From a virus: a DNA stretch of 64,000 nucleotides. Positions 1 through 7,887 of the stretch are shown here, piece by piece. The DNA lies in IMG/VR virus record IMGVR_UViG_3300047476_001831, positions 18,086 to 82,085 of that record, one strand, 5' to 3'. How positions within the stretch are numbered: the first letter of the stretch is position 1; each line of letters begins with the position of its first letter. The notes below the pieces were generated by a model. The model saw only the letters and a list, made by a program, of their open reading frames with translations, searched no databases and was not told the DNA's origin. The translations under genes and the position numbers were made by a program.

Positions 1-486
1 AAATGACTTTTTAAATTCCTCCCAAATTTCACCAACTGAAGAATTAATTATTTCTGAAAATATAGTTGGTTCGTAAGGTTTAATGTTTAATTTTAGATTT
101 GCTTCTTCTGGTGTTCTATCACCCTTCAATCTATTACAAGATGAACAACAAGTTACTAAATTAGTCCAAGTATTTTGACCCCCTCTAGATTTGGGTAAAA
201 TATGGTCAATAGTTAGATTTCTTTTACTACCACAATAAGTACACTCATGATTATCCCTTTTATATAATCTGTGTCTATTAATTTTTAACTTATGAACTCT
301 ATACTTCACAAAATTTAACAGTCTTATAATCAAGGGACGAATAAAATTACTCCTACCTGATGATATTGGTTTATCACTAGCTTTAATAACTTCAGCTTTC
401 CCTTTATTTACTAAAGTGAAACCTTTATAAACACTTGTTATGTTTATTGGTGTGAAATCCGCGTTAAGAACTAATACCTTTTCCAT
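1..486 (-). CDS. HNH endonuclease (McrA/HNH_5-like), runs off window start
   Basis: Manual translation MEKVLVLNADFTP...RDNHECTYCGSKRNLTIDHILPKSRGGQNTWTNLVTCCSSCNRLKG has the CxxC/DH/N/CxxC HNH motif. Confidence 0.9.
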   Translation of the reverse strand, partial: MEKVLVLNADFTPINITSVYKGFTLVNKGKAEVIKASDKPISSGRSNFIRPLIIRLLNFVKYRVHKLKINRHRLYKRDNHECTYCGSKRNLTIDHILPKSRGGQNTWTNLVTCCSSCNRLKGDRTPEEANLKLNIKPYEPTIFSEIINSSVGEIWEEFKKSF

Positions 487-650
487 AGATTTGATTAAAA
501 ATACTTATATAAATATTAAACAATAAAACTGACAAAAAAAACTTTAGTGACCATTATTCAAGATTTTTTTAATTTGTCAATAAAAAATGAATGAATATTT
601 TTTTTATTTCAGATTTTTCAATATCTTTGTTCTAACAAAAAAATACAACT

Positions 651-1322
651 ATGCTTGACTTCATAAAAATTACAATCGCGGCTTTCATCTTTTTCTCTGT
701 TTTGGGTTATATGAACGAAAACAATTTAACATTAGTTGAAATGTTTACAACTTTTCCTAATAGTGAAAAAATAGATTCAGTTAGTCTTAAAATTGATACG
801 TATGAACAAATTGTTAGTGAATACCCAACTAATGAATCAACAATTTCTGAACCTACAGTTAACAATGAAACTGTAATTGTTAAAGCTTTGGGTAATGTTG
901 ATAATAGTGATTTGACAGATGCCGTTAACATCATTAAAAATTTTTATGGTTATAATTGTGTTATTGGTAATGCCGAACCTATTACTGATGAACTTTATAT
1001 ACCTGGTACTACTGAAATCCTTAATGCTCAAACCTGTCTTGATAAGTTCAATACAAATAACAAAGTTGTATATATTGTTGACAAAAGACTTTGGGCTAGA
1101 GGTGAACATTTAAGAGGATACGCATCAGTCGGTGGTGGATTTGTAATTGTTCGTGGTGAAAAAAGTTTTTTACAAGAAACAATAATTCACGAAATTGGTC
1201 ATACTCTTGGTTTAGGTCATTGTGATGATATGAGTTGTATTATGGCAGTTAATAATGACTTAGAGGATAGTGGTACTTTTTGTAACAAATGTAGAAATCA
1301 AATCAGTCATACTTTCCAATAA
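651..1322 (+). CDS. Membrane-anchored zinc metallopeptidase (archaemetzincin/matrixin-like)
   Basis: HEIGHTLGLGHC..SCIM...FCNKC motif; N-terminal hydrophobic helix. Confidence 0.8.
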   Translation: MLDFIKITIAAFIFFSVLGYMNENNLTLVEMFTTFPNSEKIDSVSLKIDTYEQIVSEYPTNESTISEPTVNNETVIVKALGNVDNSDLTDAVNIIKNFYGYNCVIGNAEPITDELYIPGTTEILNAQTCLDKFNTNNKVVYIVDKRLWARGEHLRGYASVGGGFVIVRGEKSFLQETIIHEIGHTLGLGHCDDMSCIMAVNNDLEDSGTFCNKCRNQISHTFQ

Positions 1323-1330
1323 TTTAAACT

Positions 1331-1711
1331 ATGAAATCATCAACAGAAAAATTATTGAAATTTTACCAAGAAAATGGAATACTAGAGCTTAGTGAAGTAA
1401 CAGGTCAATCCTTGGAAAAGTTAAATCAATTACTTAACCTTAATCTCAAAACATTTGAGGATATCAATTTTGAAAAACACGAGGAATTGGGTGGTGTAGT
1501 GGGTAGAATTACATTTGAAAATGGATATGGTGCATCAGTTGTTAGTCATATAATGTCATATGGTGGTAAACTAGGACTTTATGAGTTAGCCGTACTTGAC
1601 AAAGAGGGTGAATTAACTTATGATACACCTATAACAAATGATGTCGTAGGTCATTTAACTCCTAAAGAAGTAACAAATTATTTAATAAAAATCCAAGATT
1701 TAAAAAATTAA
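1331..1711 (+). CDS. Phage hypothetical protein
   Basis: ORF in co-oriented run; FENGYGASVV...GLYELAVL motif. Confidence 0.7.
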   Translation: MKSSTEKLLKFYQENGILELSEVTGQSLEKLNQLLNLNLKTFEDINFEKHEELGGVVGRITFENGYGASVVSHIMSYGGKLGLYELAVLDKEGELTYDTPITNDVVGHLTPKEVTNYLIKIQDLKN

Positions 1712-1715
1712 AATT

Positions 1716-1988
1716 ATGCCAACAATTTATCAAGATGTTGAAGCTGAAGTCGATATTGATGTTGAAGATTTTATTGACGAATGCTCTGATAGAGAAATAG
1801 AAAAACTAATCAAATATTTGATTGCTGAAGGTAAATTACCCAAAACTTTAACGAAATATGGTCAGAGTCAAAATCTTTCAGTAAATGATGTTCTTTGGTA
1901 TGAAACAATATCAAAAATACAGAGTAATAGATTAGCTATGACTGATGAGGAAATTGAAATAATTGAAAAAATTGCAAAAAGATTTTAA
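1716..1988 (+). CDS. Hypothetical protein
   Basis: ORF, tight packing. Confidence 0.7.
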   Translation: MPTIYQDVEAEVDIDVEDFIDECSDREIEKLIKYLIAEGKLPKTLTKYGQSQNLSVNDVLWYETISKIQSNRLAMTDEEIEIIEKIAKRF

Positions 1989-1990
1989 TC

Positions 1991-2167
1991 ATGTATATTA
2001 TCATTAAAAAAATTGAACAACCCAACGGTGTGGTTCTTCCTGTAGTTATTTTGGATGCAAATAGTGAGGTGTGGGAATTCCCCACTTCTGAAGATGCTGA
2101 ACACATCAGAGATATATTCGAGACGAACTCTGACTCAGGTCACAAATATGAAATAAAAAAGATTTAG
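1991..2167 (+). CDS. Small hypothetical protein (58 aa, MYIIIKKIEQPNG...)
   Basis: Manual translation; fills gap between ORFs. Confidence 0.6.
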   Translation: MYIIIKKIEQPNGVVLPVVILDANSEVWEFPTSEDAEHIRDIFETNSDSGHKYEIKKI

Positions 2168-2227
2168 AATTACTTGACAAGTTAGAATTAATCACTTAGG
2201 TTTTACAACACAATTAAAAGAAACGAT

Positions 2228-3625
2228 ATGAACTTCATTGATGCTTTACAATCAGAGGATACTTTAACGGAAAACGGAATGGTAACAAATTCTTCAACTT
2301 TGAACGAATGTGTAAACCTATTCTTCACAATTGGTGCTATGAGAGGACAAGATAAGCAAAGACTTATTTCCACATTCTCAAAAGCATTCAATGAGAATCC
2401 GTTAACTGCATTGAAAATCTTATTTTGGGTTAGAGATGTAAGAGGTGGCGCAGGTGAAAGACAAATCTTCCGTGATATTCTAAAATATCTAGTGGAGAAT
2501 CATCCGAATGTAGTAAAACAAAACATTCAAGCAATACCACATTTTGGTAGATGGGATGACCTTTCAGTTCTTTTTGGTACCGAGTTGGAAGCTGATGCTA
2601 CCAATATGTTTGTAAGTGGTCTAATTGTAGAAAATGGACTATGTGCAAAGTGGATACCAAGAAAGGGTGTTATCTTCAATGCAATTAGAAAGGTATTGAA
2701 AACCACCCCTAAAAACCTTCGTAATCTGTTGGTAGGAATTTCTAATACTGTTGAGCAAAAGATGTGTGCTAACCAATGGAATGAGATTGAGTATGAAAAG
2801 ACTCCATCATTGGCTATGGGTAGATACACAAAGGCTTTTGCAAAACACGACTTAGGTGGTTTTACTGAGTATTTAAATAAGTTAAAAAAAGGAGAAACCA
2901 AAGTCAATGCGGGTGCTGTATATCCTTACAATGTGGTTCAAACAATGAATCAAGGTAGTTGGGAATTAGCAAACGAGCAATGGAAATCTTTACCAAACTT
3001 TATGGAAGGTACAACTGAAAGGATTTTACCTGTGGTTGATGTATCTGGGTCAATGGGTTCAGTAGTTTCTGGTAGTATAACTTGTCTAGATGTAGCAATT
3101 TCTTTGGGATTATATATCTCTGAAAGAAATGAAGGGGTGTTCAAAGATAGTTTCATTACTTTCTCTGAAAAACCTCAACTTCAAGTACTTTCAGGTTCAT
3201 TGAGAGAACGTTACAACCAAATGAGTCAAGCTGATTGGGGTATGAATACAAATCTTGAATTAGTATTTAATGTTGTCCTAAATCAAGCTTTGAAACACAA
3301 AGTTCTGCCTGAAGATATGCCTTCTAAAATATTGATTATGTCTGATATGGAATTTGACCAAGCTACAAGACAATCTGAAAGTGCGATACAGATGATTAGA
3401 AGACAATATGAAGAAAGTGGTTATTCACTACCACAAATCATATTTTGGAACATCCAATCTAGGGGAGGAAACTTCCCAGTAAGACATAATGAATCGGGGA
3501 CTGCATTAATCTCAGGACTTTCACCAAGTATTGTAAAGTCAGTATTGGGTGGAAAAGAGATGACACCAATATCTATTATGAATGAGACAATCAATTCAGA
3601 AAGATATTCAATCATCGAGATGTAA
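2228..3625 (+). CDS. DUF2828-family protein (TROVE/Ro60-like helical domain plus vWA domain)
   Basis: TENG, RDVRGGAGER, GRWDDL, AKWIPR, MIDAS-like DVSGSM, SDMEFD and IIFWN motifs. Confidence 0.85.
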   Translation: MNFIDALQSEDTLTENGMVTNSSTLNECVNLFFTIGAMRGQDKQRLISTFSKAFNENPLTALKILFWVRDVRGGAGERQIFRDILKYLVENHPNVVKQNIQAIPHFGRWDDLSVLFGTELEADATNMFVSGLIVENGLCAKWIPRKGVIFNAIRKVLKTTPKNLRNLLVGISNTVEQKMCANQWNEIEYEKTPSLAMGRYTKAFAKHDLGGFTEYLNKLKKGETKVNAGAVYPYNVVQTMNQGSWELANEQWKSLPNFMEGTTERILPVVDVSGSMGSVVSGSITCLDVAISLGLYISERNEGVFKDSFITFSEKPQLQVLSGSLRERYNQMSQADWGMNTNLELVFNVVLNQALKHKVLPEDMPSKILIMSDMEFDQATRQSESAIQMIRRQYEESGYSLPQIIFWNIQSRGGNFPVRHNESGTALISGLSPSIVKSVLGGKEMTPISIMNETINSERYSIIEM

Positions 3626-3633
3626 AAGAAAAA

Positions 3634-3778
3634 GGAAAAATTGGTTCATAAAGAATGATTCCTGCAAACTAACAAACATTGAATCATTTATATAAGAACC
3701 GAGTTGGTTTACTCATTTTCCCAATCGCAAGGGAATAAATAAAAAAATCAAAAAACTCATTCTGAGACCAATTTTTCC
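3634..3778 (+). ncRNA. Structured RNA repeat unit 1 downstream of DUF2828 gene
   Basis: 12-bp outer stem GGAAAAATTGGT/ACCAATTTTTCC; inner GAATGA/TCATTC; TTCCTGCAAAC motif. Confidence 0.6.
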
Positions 3779-3829
3779 ATTTTTCTTTACTTAATGAAAC
3801 TTTTTAATTAATTTAGCGTTATATAGAAC

Positions 3830-3889
3830 AAAGGATAGATTCAGCAAACTATAAATCAAAACTTGTAAATTTGAAAAAAACTATCCTGA
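3830..3889 (+). ncRNA. Structured RNA repeat unit 2
   Basis: GGATAG/CTATCC stem, TTCAGCAAAC motif, internal hairpin with CTTGTAA loop. Confidence 0.6.
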
Positions 3890-3902
3890 CAATTTAGGTA
3901 AT

Positions 3903-3956
3903 AACGAATGGGTTCAGCAATTGACTTTTGAATGCAAACCAAAAAAACCATTCCGA
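3903..3956 (+). ncRNA. Structured RNA repeat unit 3
   Basis: GAATGG/CCATTC stem, TTCAGCAA motif, A-run before 3' strand. Confidence 0.55.
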
Positions 3957-4002
3957 ACCAAACTTTTTAATAATTTAGTAATACTTATATACAAATAAAA
4001 CA

Positions 4003-4098
4003 ATGAGAAACTCAATCAATCATATTAGTAAGTCAGTACAGCCGCAATTTAGCAATTGTTGGTCGACTAATCCGTATGGTTCAGATAGAGTGTCGTAA
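4003..4098 (+). CDS. Putative attenuator leader peptide (31 aa, MRNSINHISKSVQPQFSNCWSTNPYGSDRVS)
   Basis: Short ORF ending TAA TAG about 30 nt before a terminator whose 5' arm is complementary to the ORF 3' end. Confidence 0.6.
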   Translation: MRNSINHISKSVQPQFSNCWSTNPYGSDRVS

Positions 4099-4127
4099 TA
4101 GGTATAAAGTAATAATTTTTATATGAG

Positions 4128-4158
4128 ACCCTGAACCAAAAAAGTTTAGGGTTTTTTT
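4128..4158 (+). terminator. Intrinsic terminator/attenuator upstream of the first tRNA cluster
   Basis: ACCCTGAAC/GTTTAGGGT stem followed by T-tract. Confidence 0.75.
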
Positions 4159-4159
4159 G

Positions 4160-4172
4160 TGTTCTTTGACAT
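4160..4172 (+). promoter_or_regulatory. boxA-like antitermination/processing element
   Basis: TGTTCTTTGACAT resembles rrn boxA (TGCTCTTTAACA) just before tRNA-Gln. Confidence 0.5.
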
Positions 4173-4188
4173 CGTGGGTAAAATATAC

Positions 4189-4261
4189 TCCCCCTTGGTA
4201 TAATGGTTGATTACATCAGATTTTGATTCTGAGGATGGTGGTTCGATTCCATCAGGGGGAA
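4189..4261 (+). tRNA. trnQ: tRNA-Gln(UUG)
   Basis: Cloverleaf, anticodon loop TT-TTG-AT. Confidence 0.93.
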
Positions 4262-4281
4262 CTTAAAAAAATTACAAAACA

Positions 4282-4313
4282 TTTGGAAATATCAAAAATT
4301 GATTGTAGTTTTG
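4282..4313 (+). promoter_or_regulatory. Bacteroidota-type housekeeping promoter
   Basis: TTTG...TAGTTTTG; similar TTTGGAAAT-led copies at 4831, 7569 and 12433. Confidence 0.65.
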
Positions 4314-4390
4314 TGGAAGAGTAAGGAAAGGTCGTAGGTAGCACTGTCCACAACCAGCCTTAAACGTGGTGGATACTTACTCTAATTTAT

Positions 4391-4466
4391 GGTGGGATTG
4401 CCAAGTTGGTCAAGGCGAATGGCTGAAGATCATTTAATGTAGGTTCGATTCCTACTCCCACCACCA
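4391..4466 (+). tRNA. trnF: tRNA-Phe(GAA)
   Basis: Cloverleaf, CT-GAA-GA, encoded CCA. Confidence 0.93.
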
Positions 4467-4473
4467 AACAAAT

Positions 4474-4548
4474 GTGGTATGTACCCCAACTGGTAGAGGG
4501 GCATCATTGTGGATGATGTATGTGTGGGTTCAAATCCCATCATACCAC
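4474..4548 (+). tRNA. trnH: tRNA-His(GUG)
   Basis: Cloverleaf, TT-GTG-GA, G-1:C73 pair. Confidence 0.93.
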
Positions 4549-4558
4549 CAAACAAATT

Positions 4559-4641
4559 GGAAGAGGTCCGAATGGACGAGGACACTGTCTTGAAAACAGC
4601 TGGGCGTAATTGCTTTGGGGGTTCGATTCCCTTCTCTTCCG
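4559..4641 (+). tRNA. trnS: tRNA-Ser(UGA)
   Basis: CT-TGA-AA, long variable arm, G73. Confidence 0.92.
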
Positions 4642-4654
4642 CAACTTATAAAAT

Positions 4655-4726
4655 GTCTCTATGGTGAAAAGGCAATCACACTTGACTGTTAATCAAGTAT
4701 TCCTGGTTCGAGTCCAGGTGGGGACG
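4655..4726 (+). tRNA. trnN: tRNA-Asn(GUU)
   Basis: Cloverleaf, CT-GTT-AA. Confidence 0.93.
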
Positions 4727-4735
4727 CAACTTTTT

Positions 4736-4808
4736 AGTCCCATAGTTCAACGGATTAGAACCTATCACTACGGATGATAAGATACCTGTTCGAATCGGGT
4801 TGGGACTA
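4736..4808 (+). tRNA. trnR: tRNA-Arg(ACG)
   Basis: Cloverleaf, CT-ACG-GA. Confidence 0.92.
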
Positions 4809-4887
4809 CAAAAAAAAACTTTACTTATTATTTGGAAATAAGAAAAACAAATTGTAGTTTTACATAACAATAAAAAATAATAAAAAA

Positions 4888-5040
4888 ATGAGAAATTTAA
4901 TGTTCATCTTGGTTTTCGGTTTTGTACTTAGTATTCTATTACCTCTTCCAAAATTAATAGGCACACCTATGACACTTGTTGTTTTAGGTTTGATTTTGGG
5001 AGTAGTGTCAATTTTAGAAAACACAAGAAAAAAAGTTTAA
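4888..5040 (+). CDS. Small two-helix membrane protein (50 aa)
   Basis: MRNLMFILVFGFVLSILLPLPKLIG...; promoter at 4831. Confidence 0.6.
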   Translation: MRNLMFILVFGFVLSILLPLPKLIGTPMTLVVLGLILGVVSILENTRKKV

Positions 5041-5046
5041 TCAATT

Positions 5047-5131
5047 GGAGGGTAAAGTAATCAGGGTCATTACCACCGCCTGCTAAGCGAGTGATACCAA
5101 TAGGTATGTGTTTCGAGTACACTGTCCTCCA
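5047..5131 (+). tRNA. trnS: tRNA-Ser(GCU), atypical D/T arms
   Basis: CT-GCT-AA, long variable arm, TTCGAGT. Confidence 0.8.
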
Positions 5132-5145
5132 CAAAAAATTAAAAA

Positions 5146-5295
5146 ATGTTATTAATTATTGGTCTTTTATTTTTGATAATTGGAGTAATCTTATTAGTTT
5201 TGTCTTTCATCAAAAGAAACTCGGATTTGTTTGTAATAGGATTTATATTTCTAATCGTTCTTTTGTTGGGAATTATTTATGGTTTAATAATATAG
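5146..5295 (+). CDS. Small two-helix membrane protein (49 aa)
   Basis: MLLIIGLLFLIIGVILLVLSFIKRNSDLFVIG... Confidence 0.55.
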   Translation: MLLIIGLLFLIIGVILLVLSFIKRNSDLFVIGFIFLIVLLLGIIYGLII

Positions 5296-5368
5296 GGGTG
5301 TAGCTCAGTTGGTTAAGAGTACTAGTTTTGGGAACTAGTGGTCGCAGGTTCGAGCCCTGTCACCCCTA
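5294..5368 (+). tRNA. trnP: tRNA-Pro(UGG)
   Basis: Cloverleaf, TT-TGG-GA. Confidence 0.94.
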
Positions 5369-5378
5369 CAATACATTT

Positions 5379-5453
5379 TGTCCTGTAACTCAGTTGGTTT
5401 AGAGTACTACGCTGATACCGTAGGTGCCGTGGGTTCAAGTCCCACCAGGACAA
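5379..5453 (+). tRNA. trnI: tRNA-Ile(GAU)
   Basis: Cloverleaf, CT-GAT-AC. Confidence 0.93.
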
Positions 5454-5477
5454 CTATTTTTTTAATACTTAAAAATT

Positions 5478-5882
5478 ATGAATCAAGAATTTGTACCCTT
5501 TGAAGAATCCTTGGAATTAAAAGAAATGGGATTTGATGAATTATGTTTTGGATATTACTCGAATGGTCAAATAACGAATGTTGACTTGAATTGGGTAAGT
5601 ACTTCAATCAATCCCCCCACTTTAATTGATGGTGGATTCTATAGTATGAAAAATAGTGACACCACTAATGAACTTAATTGCACTGCACCAATCTATTCAC
5701 AAGTATTCCATTGGTTTATGGAAACCCATAAAATAGATTCCAGTGTGATGGAAATGAAGTTTGTGATTGAGTCTGATGAAGATTTACCGAAATGGTTTTA
5801 TGGGTTCAATAATTATGACGAAACAAAATTAGGATGTTTAAGACAATTAATTAGAAAGGTTAAAAAAAATGGAAAGGGTTAA
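5478..5882 (+). CDS. Phage hypothetical protein
   Basis: ORF; LELKEMGFDE..APIYSQVFHWF. Confidence 0.7.
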   Translation: MNQEFVPFEESLELKEMGFDELCFGYYSNGQITNVDLNWVSTSINPPTLIDGGFYSMKNSDTTNELNCTAPIYSQVFHWFMETHKIDSSVMEMKFVIESDEDLPKWFYGFNNYDETKLGCLRQLIRKVKKNGKG

Positions 5883-6126
5883 AATTGGTGAATACAAAAT
5901 TGGGGATAATTTGATTATCGAATTTGGTGAAAACAATCCCAACAATAAGGAAGTTCAGGTTAGAGCGATAGTTGATATGGAGGTTGTAATTTTATTGGAT
6001 AAGAATCAAAATTATTTAATGGAAACAGTAAAATATATGAATCTTTTATGTAGATTTGGGAACGTTATTCGTGAAAAGAATGATGTGAGATTTCAAACCG
6101 AATTAATTCACGACCCAAGAATCTAA
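5869..6126 (+). CDS. Hypothetical protein
   Basis: ORF overlapping upstream stop. Confidence 0.65.
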   Translation: MERVKIGEYKIGDNLIIEFGENNPNNKEVQVRAIVDMEVVILLDKNQNYLMETVKYMNLLCRFGNVIREKNDVRFQTELIHDPRI

Positions 6127-6129
6127 ATT

Positions 6130-6426
6130 ATGCTAAAAAGAATTATCAAAAGGAGTACTTGTAAGTTTTACGAATCAATTAGAAACCGATTTAATATGGA
6201 GTGTGTGTTGAGAGAAGGTGATTATGTTTATGATATTGAGGATGGGAGTGAATGGTTGTTATTGGAAAATCCCAATAAAGGTGGTTCGGCAAAAAGTATT
6301 TGTACATTTGCGCCTGAAGGTTGTGTGTATAAAATAGGAACACCATTCAAAAGATGTTATTTTGATGAGTTTGGTAAATTGAGAAAATACCTCAAAAGAG
6401 GTATGAACCCAGAAAGAAATTTTTAA
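6130..6426 (+). CDS. Hypothetical protein
   Basis: ORF. Confidence 0.6.
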   Translation: MLKRIIKRSTCKFYESIRNRFNMECVLREGDYVYDIEDGSEWLLLENPNKGGSAKSICTFAPEGCVYKIGTPFKRCYFDEFGKLRKYLKRGMNPERNF

Positions 6427-6431
6427 TTAAT

Positions 6432-6506
6432 GACCCTGTGGCTTAGCTGGTTTAAAGCACAATACTTTTAATATTGGGATCGGGAGTTCGAATCTCCCCA
6501 GGGTCA
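6432..6506 (+). tRNA. trnK: tRNA-Lys(UUU)
   Basis: Cloverleaf, CT-TTT-AA. Confidence 0.94.
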
Positions 6507-6731
6507 CTTAGGTATAGTTTGGATTATTAATCCCATTGAACTTGCGGTTACTTTATATGTGAATAATGAAGGGGTAAAATTAATACCCATTTGTTTGAAA
6601 TCGAAAACTTCGAATTCTTGTTCCTCATAAACTCCAACAATCGAACTTGTTTCGTTATTGATGTATAAGGAATCAAAGGTTTTTAAGTTTATTACTAAAC
6701 CTATTTCAACTGGGGGGATAAGTATTGTCAT
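6504..6731 (-). CDS. Hypothetical protein, antisense within tRNA region
   Basis: ORF preceded by ATATTTAT motif on minus strand. Confidence 0.55.
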   Translation of the reverse strand: MTILIPPVEIGLVINLKTFDSLYINNETSSIVGVYEEQEFEVFDFKQMGINFTPSLFTYKVTASSMGLIIQTIPK

Positions 6732-6775
6732 TTAATGGTTTTGTTAAATAAATATTGAATTTAAATTAAATTTTT

Positions 6776-7459
6776 ATGTCAACAACTTGGAATGAAATTT
6801 GGAAAAATAGGAAGGTAGAATTTGATTCGTTGGATTATTCTAATTTATTGAAACTGAATGGTTATGATGGTCCTCAAAGTAATCTAACTCCACAAAATTT
6901 AAATCTAGCTCATAAGATTTATGCGGAAAAAATGAATTTAAAACCTAATCAGAGTATTTTTGAGGTTGGTTGTGGGGCAGGTTCTTTCCTGTACAATTGG
7001 TATAATAGTGGACATAAAGTTGGTGGATGTGACATATCTAAAAACTTATTGGAATGTACAAAAAAAATCTTACCAAGAGGTGAATGGTATTTAGCTTCAG
7101 ATAGTGAATTTGAAAAAGAGCCTAAATGGGATCACTTGGTATCTTTTGGTGTGTGTATGTATTTAACACCAAGAGAGGTTTTGAATTTAATCGATAGAAT
7201 GATAAATAAAGCGAATTTTAGTGTATCATTATTCGAAATCTCTGATTTAGACAAGATGATAGATTGTGAAAAAGAAAGAAGAAGAATGATTCCTAATTAT
7301 GAGGTTAAATACAAAGACTTAAACCATTTTTATCATAGTAAAAATGATATTTCTGAACATTTAAATAAGTTAGGTTTAAATTATACCATTTATGATCAAT
7401 ACATACCTGGTTATGAAAATTCTAAATGGAGATTTAATGTAACTATTAATTTGGTTTGA
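6776..7459 (+). CDS. Class I SAM-dependent methyltransferase
   Basis: IFEVGCGAG motif I, GCDIS motif. Confidence 0.85.
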   Translation: MSTTWNEIWKNRKVEFDSLDYSNLLKLNGYDGPQSNLTPQNLNLAHKIYAEKMNLKPNQSIFEVGCGAGSFLYNWYNSGHKVGGCDISKNLLECTKKILPRGEWYLASDSEFEKEPKWDHLVSFGVCMYLTPREVLNLIDRMINKANFSVSLFEISDLDKMIDCEKERRRMIPNYEVKYKDLNHFYHSKNDISEHLNKLGLNYTIYDQYIPGYENSKWRFNVTINLV

Positions 7460-7473
7460 TTAATATAAATTCT

Positions 7474-7548
7474 ACTTCCTTAGCTCAGTTGGTTTAGAGT
7501 AACATCCTTACAAGGTGAAGGTCATTGGTTCGAATCCAATAGGAAGTA
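7474..7548 (+). tRNA. trnV: tRNA-Val(UAC)
   Basis: Cloverleaf, CT-TAC-AA. Confidence 0.92.
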
Positions 7549-7609
7549 CAAAAAAACTTTACAAAGTGTTTGGAAATATGAAAAACAAGTTGTAAGTTTG
7601 TAAGACACT

Positions 7610-7685
7610 AGTTTTGTAGCTTAATGTGTGAAAGCGTTCAATGGGTAACTGTTGAAAGATTTAGGTTAGAATCCTGTCAGGACTA
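7610..7685 (+). ncRNA. tRNA-like RNA with anticodon loop replaced by GTAA tetraloop
   Basis: Acceptor AGTTTTG/CAGGACT, D-arm GCTT/AAGC, 8-bp arm TTCAATGG-GTAA-CTGTTGAA, T-loop TTAGAAT; promoter 7569-7600. Confidence 0.65.
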
Positions 7686-7887
7686 CAAAAAAAATGTACC
7701 TCGATGCCTCTCATAAGAACGGCACACTAGCAGAGGTCTTGTTGCTTGTAAACGAATAGCCCAAGGTATAAGTTAGGAAGCTTAACTCAACCTATCCCCC
7801 ACTGACGAGTGGGGTGAAGTTGGGGGATTAAAAAGAAATATTATATATCTGCAATATATAAAATTCATTAACTTAAAAACAATCAAT

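Noticed and set aside
3634-3960. Repeats as a CRISPR array or canonical Y RNA
   Set aside because: Units are not identical direct repeats, inserts vary widely in length, no cas genes are present, and the Ro-binding GGUCCGA helix is missing
4676-5303. ORFs 4676-4870(-) and 5091-5303(+)
   Set aside because: They overlap tRNAs; a better small membrane ORF exists at 5146-5295
7795-7830. CTGACGAG as a hammerhead ribozyme core
   Set aside because: No stem II followed by GAAA; the motif sits within a simple CCCCACT/AGTGGGG hairpin
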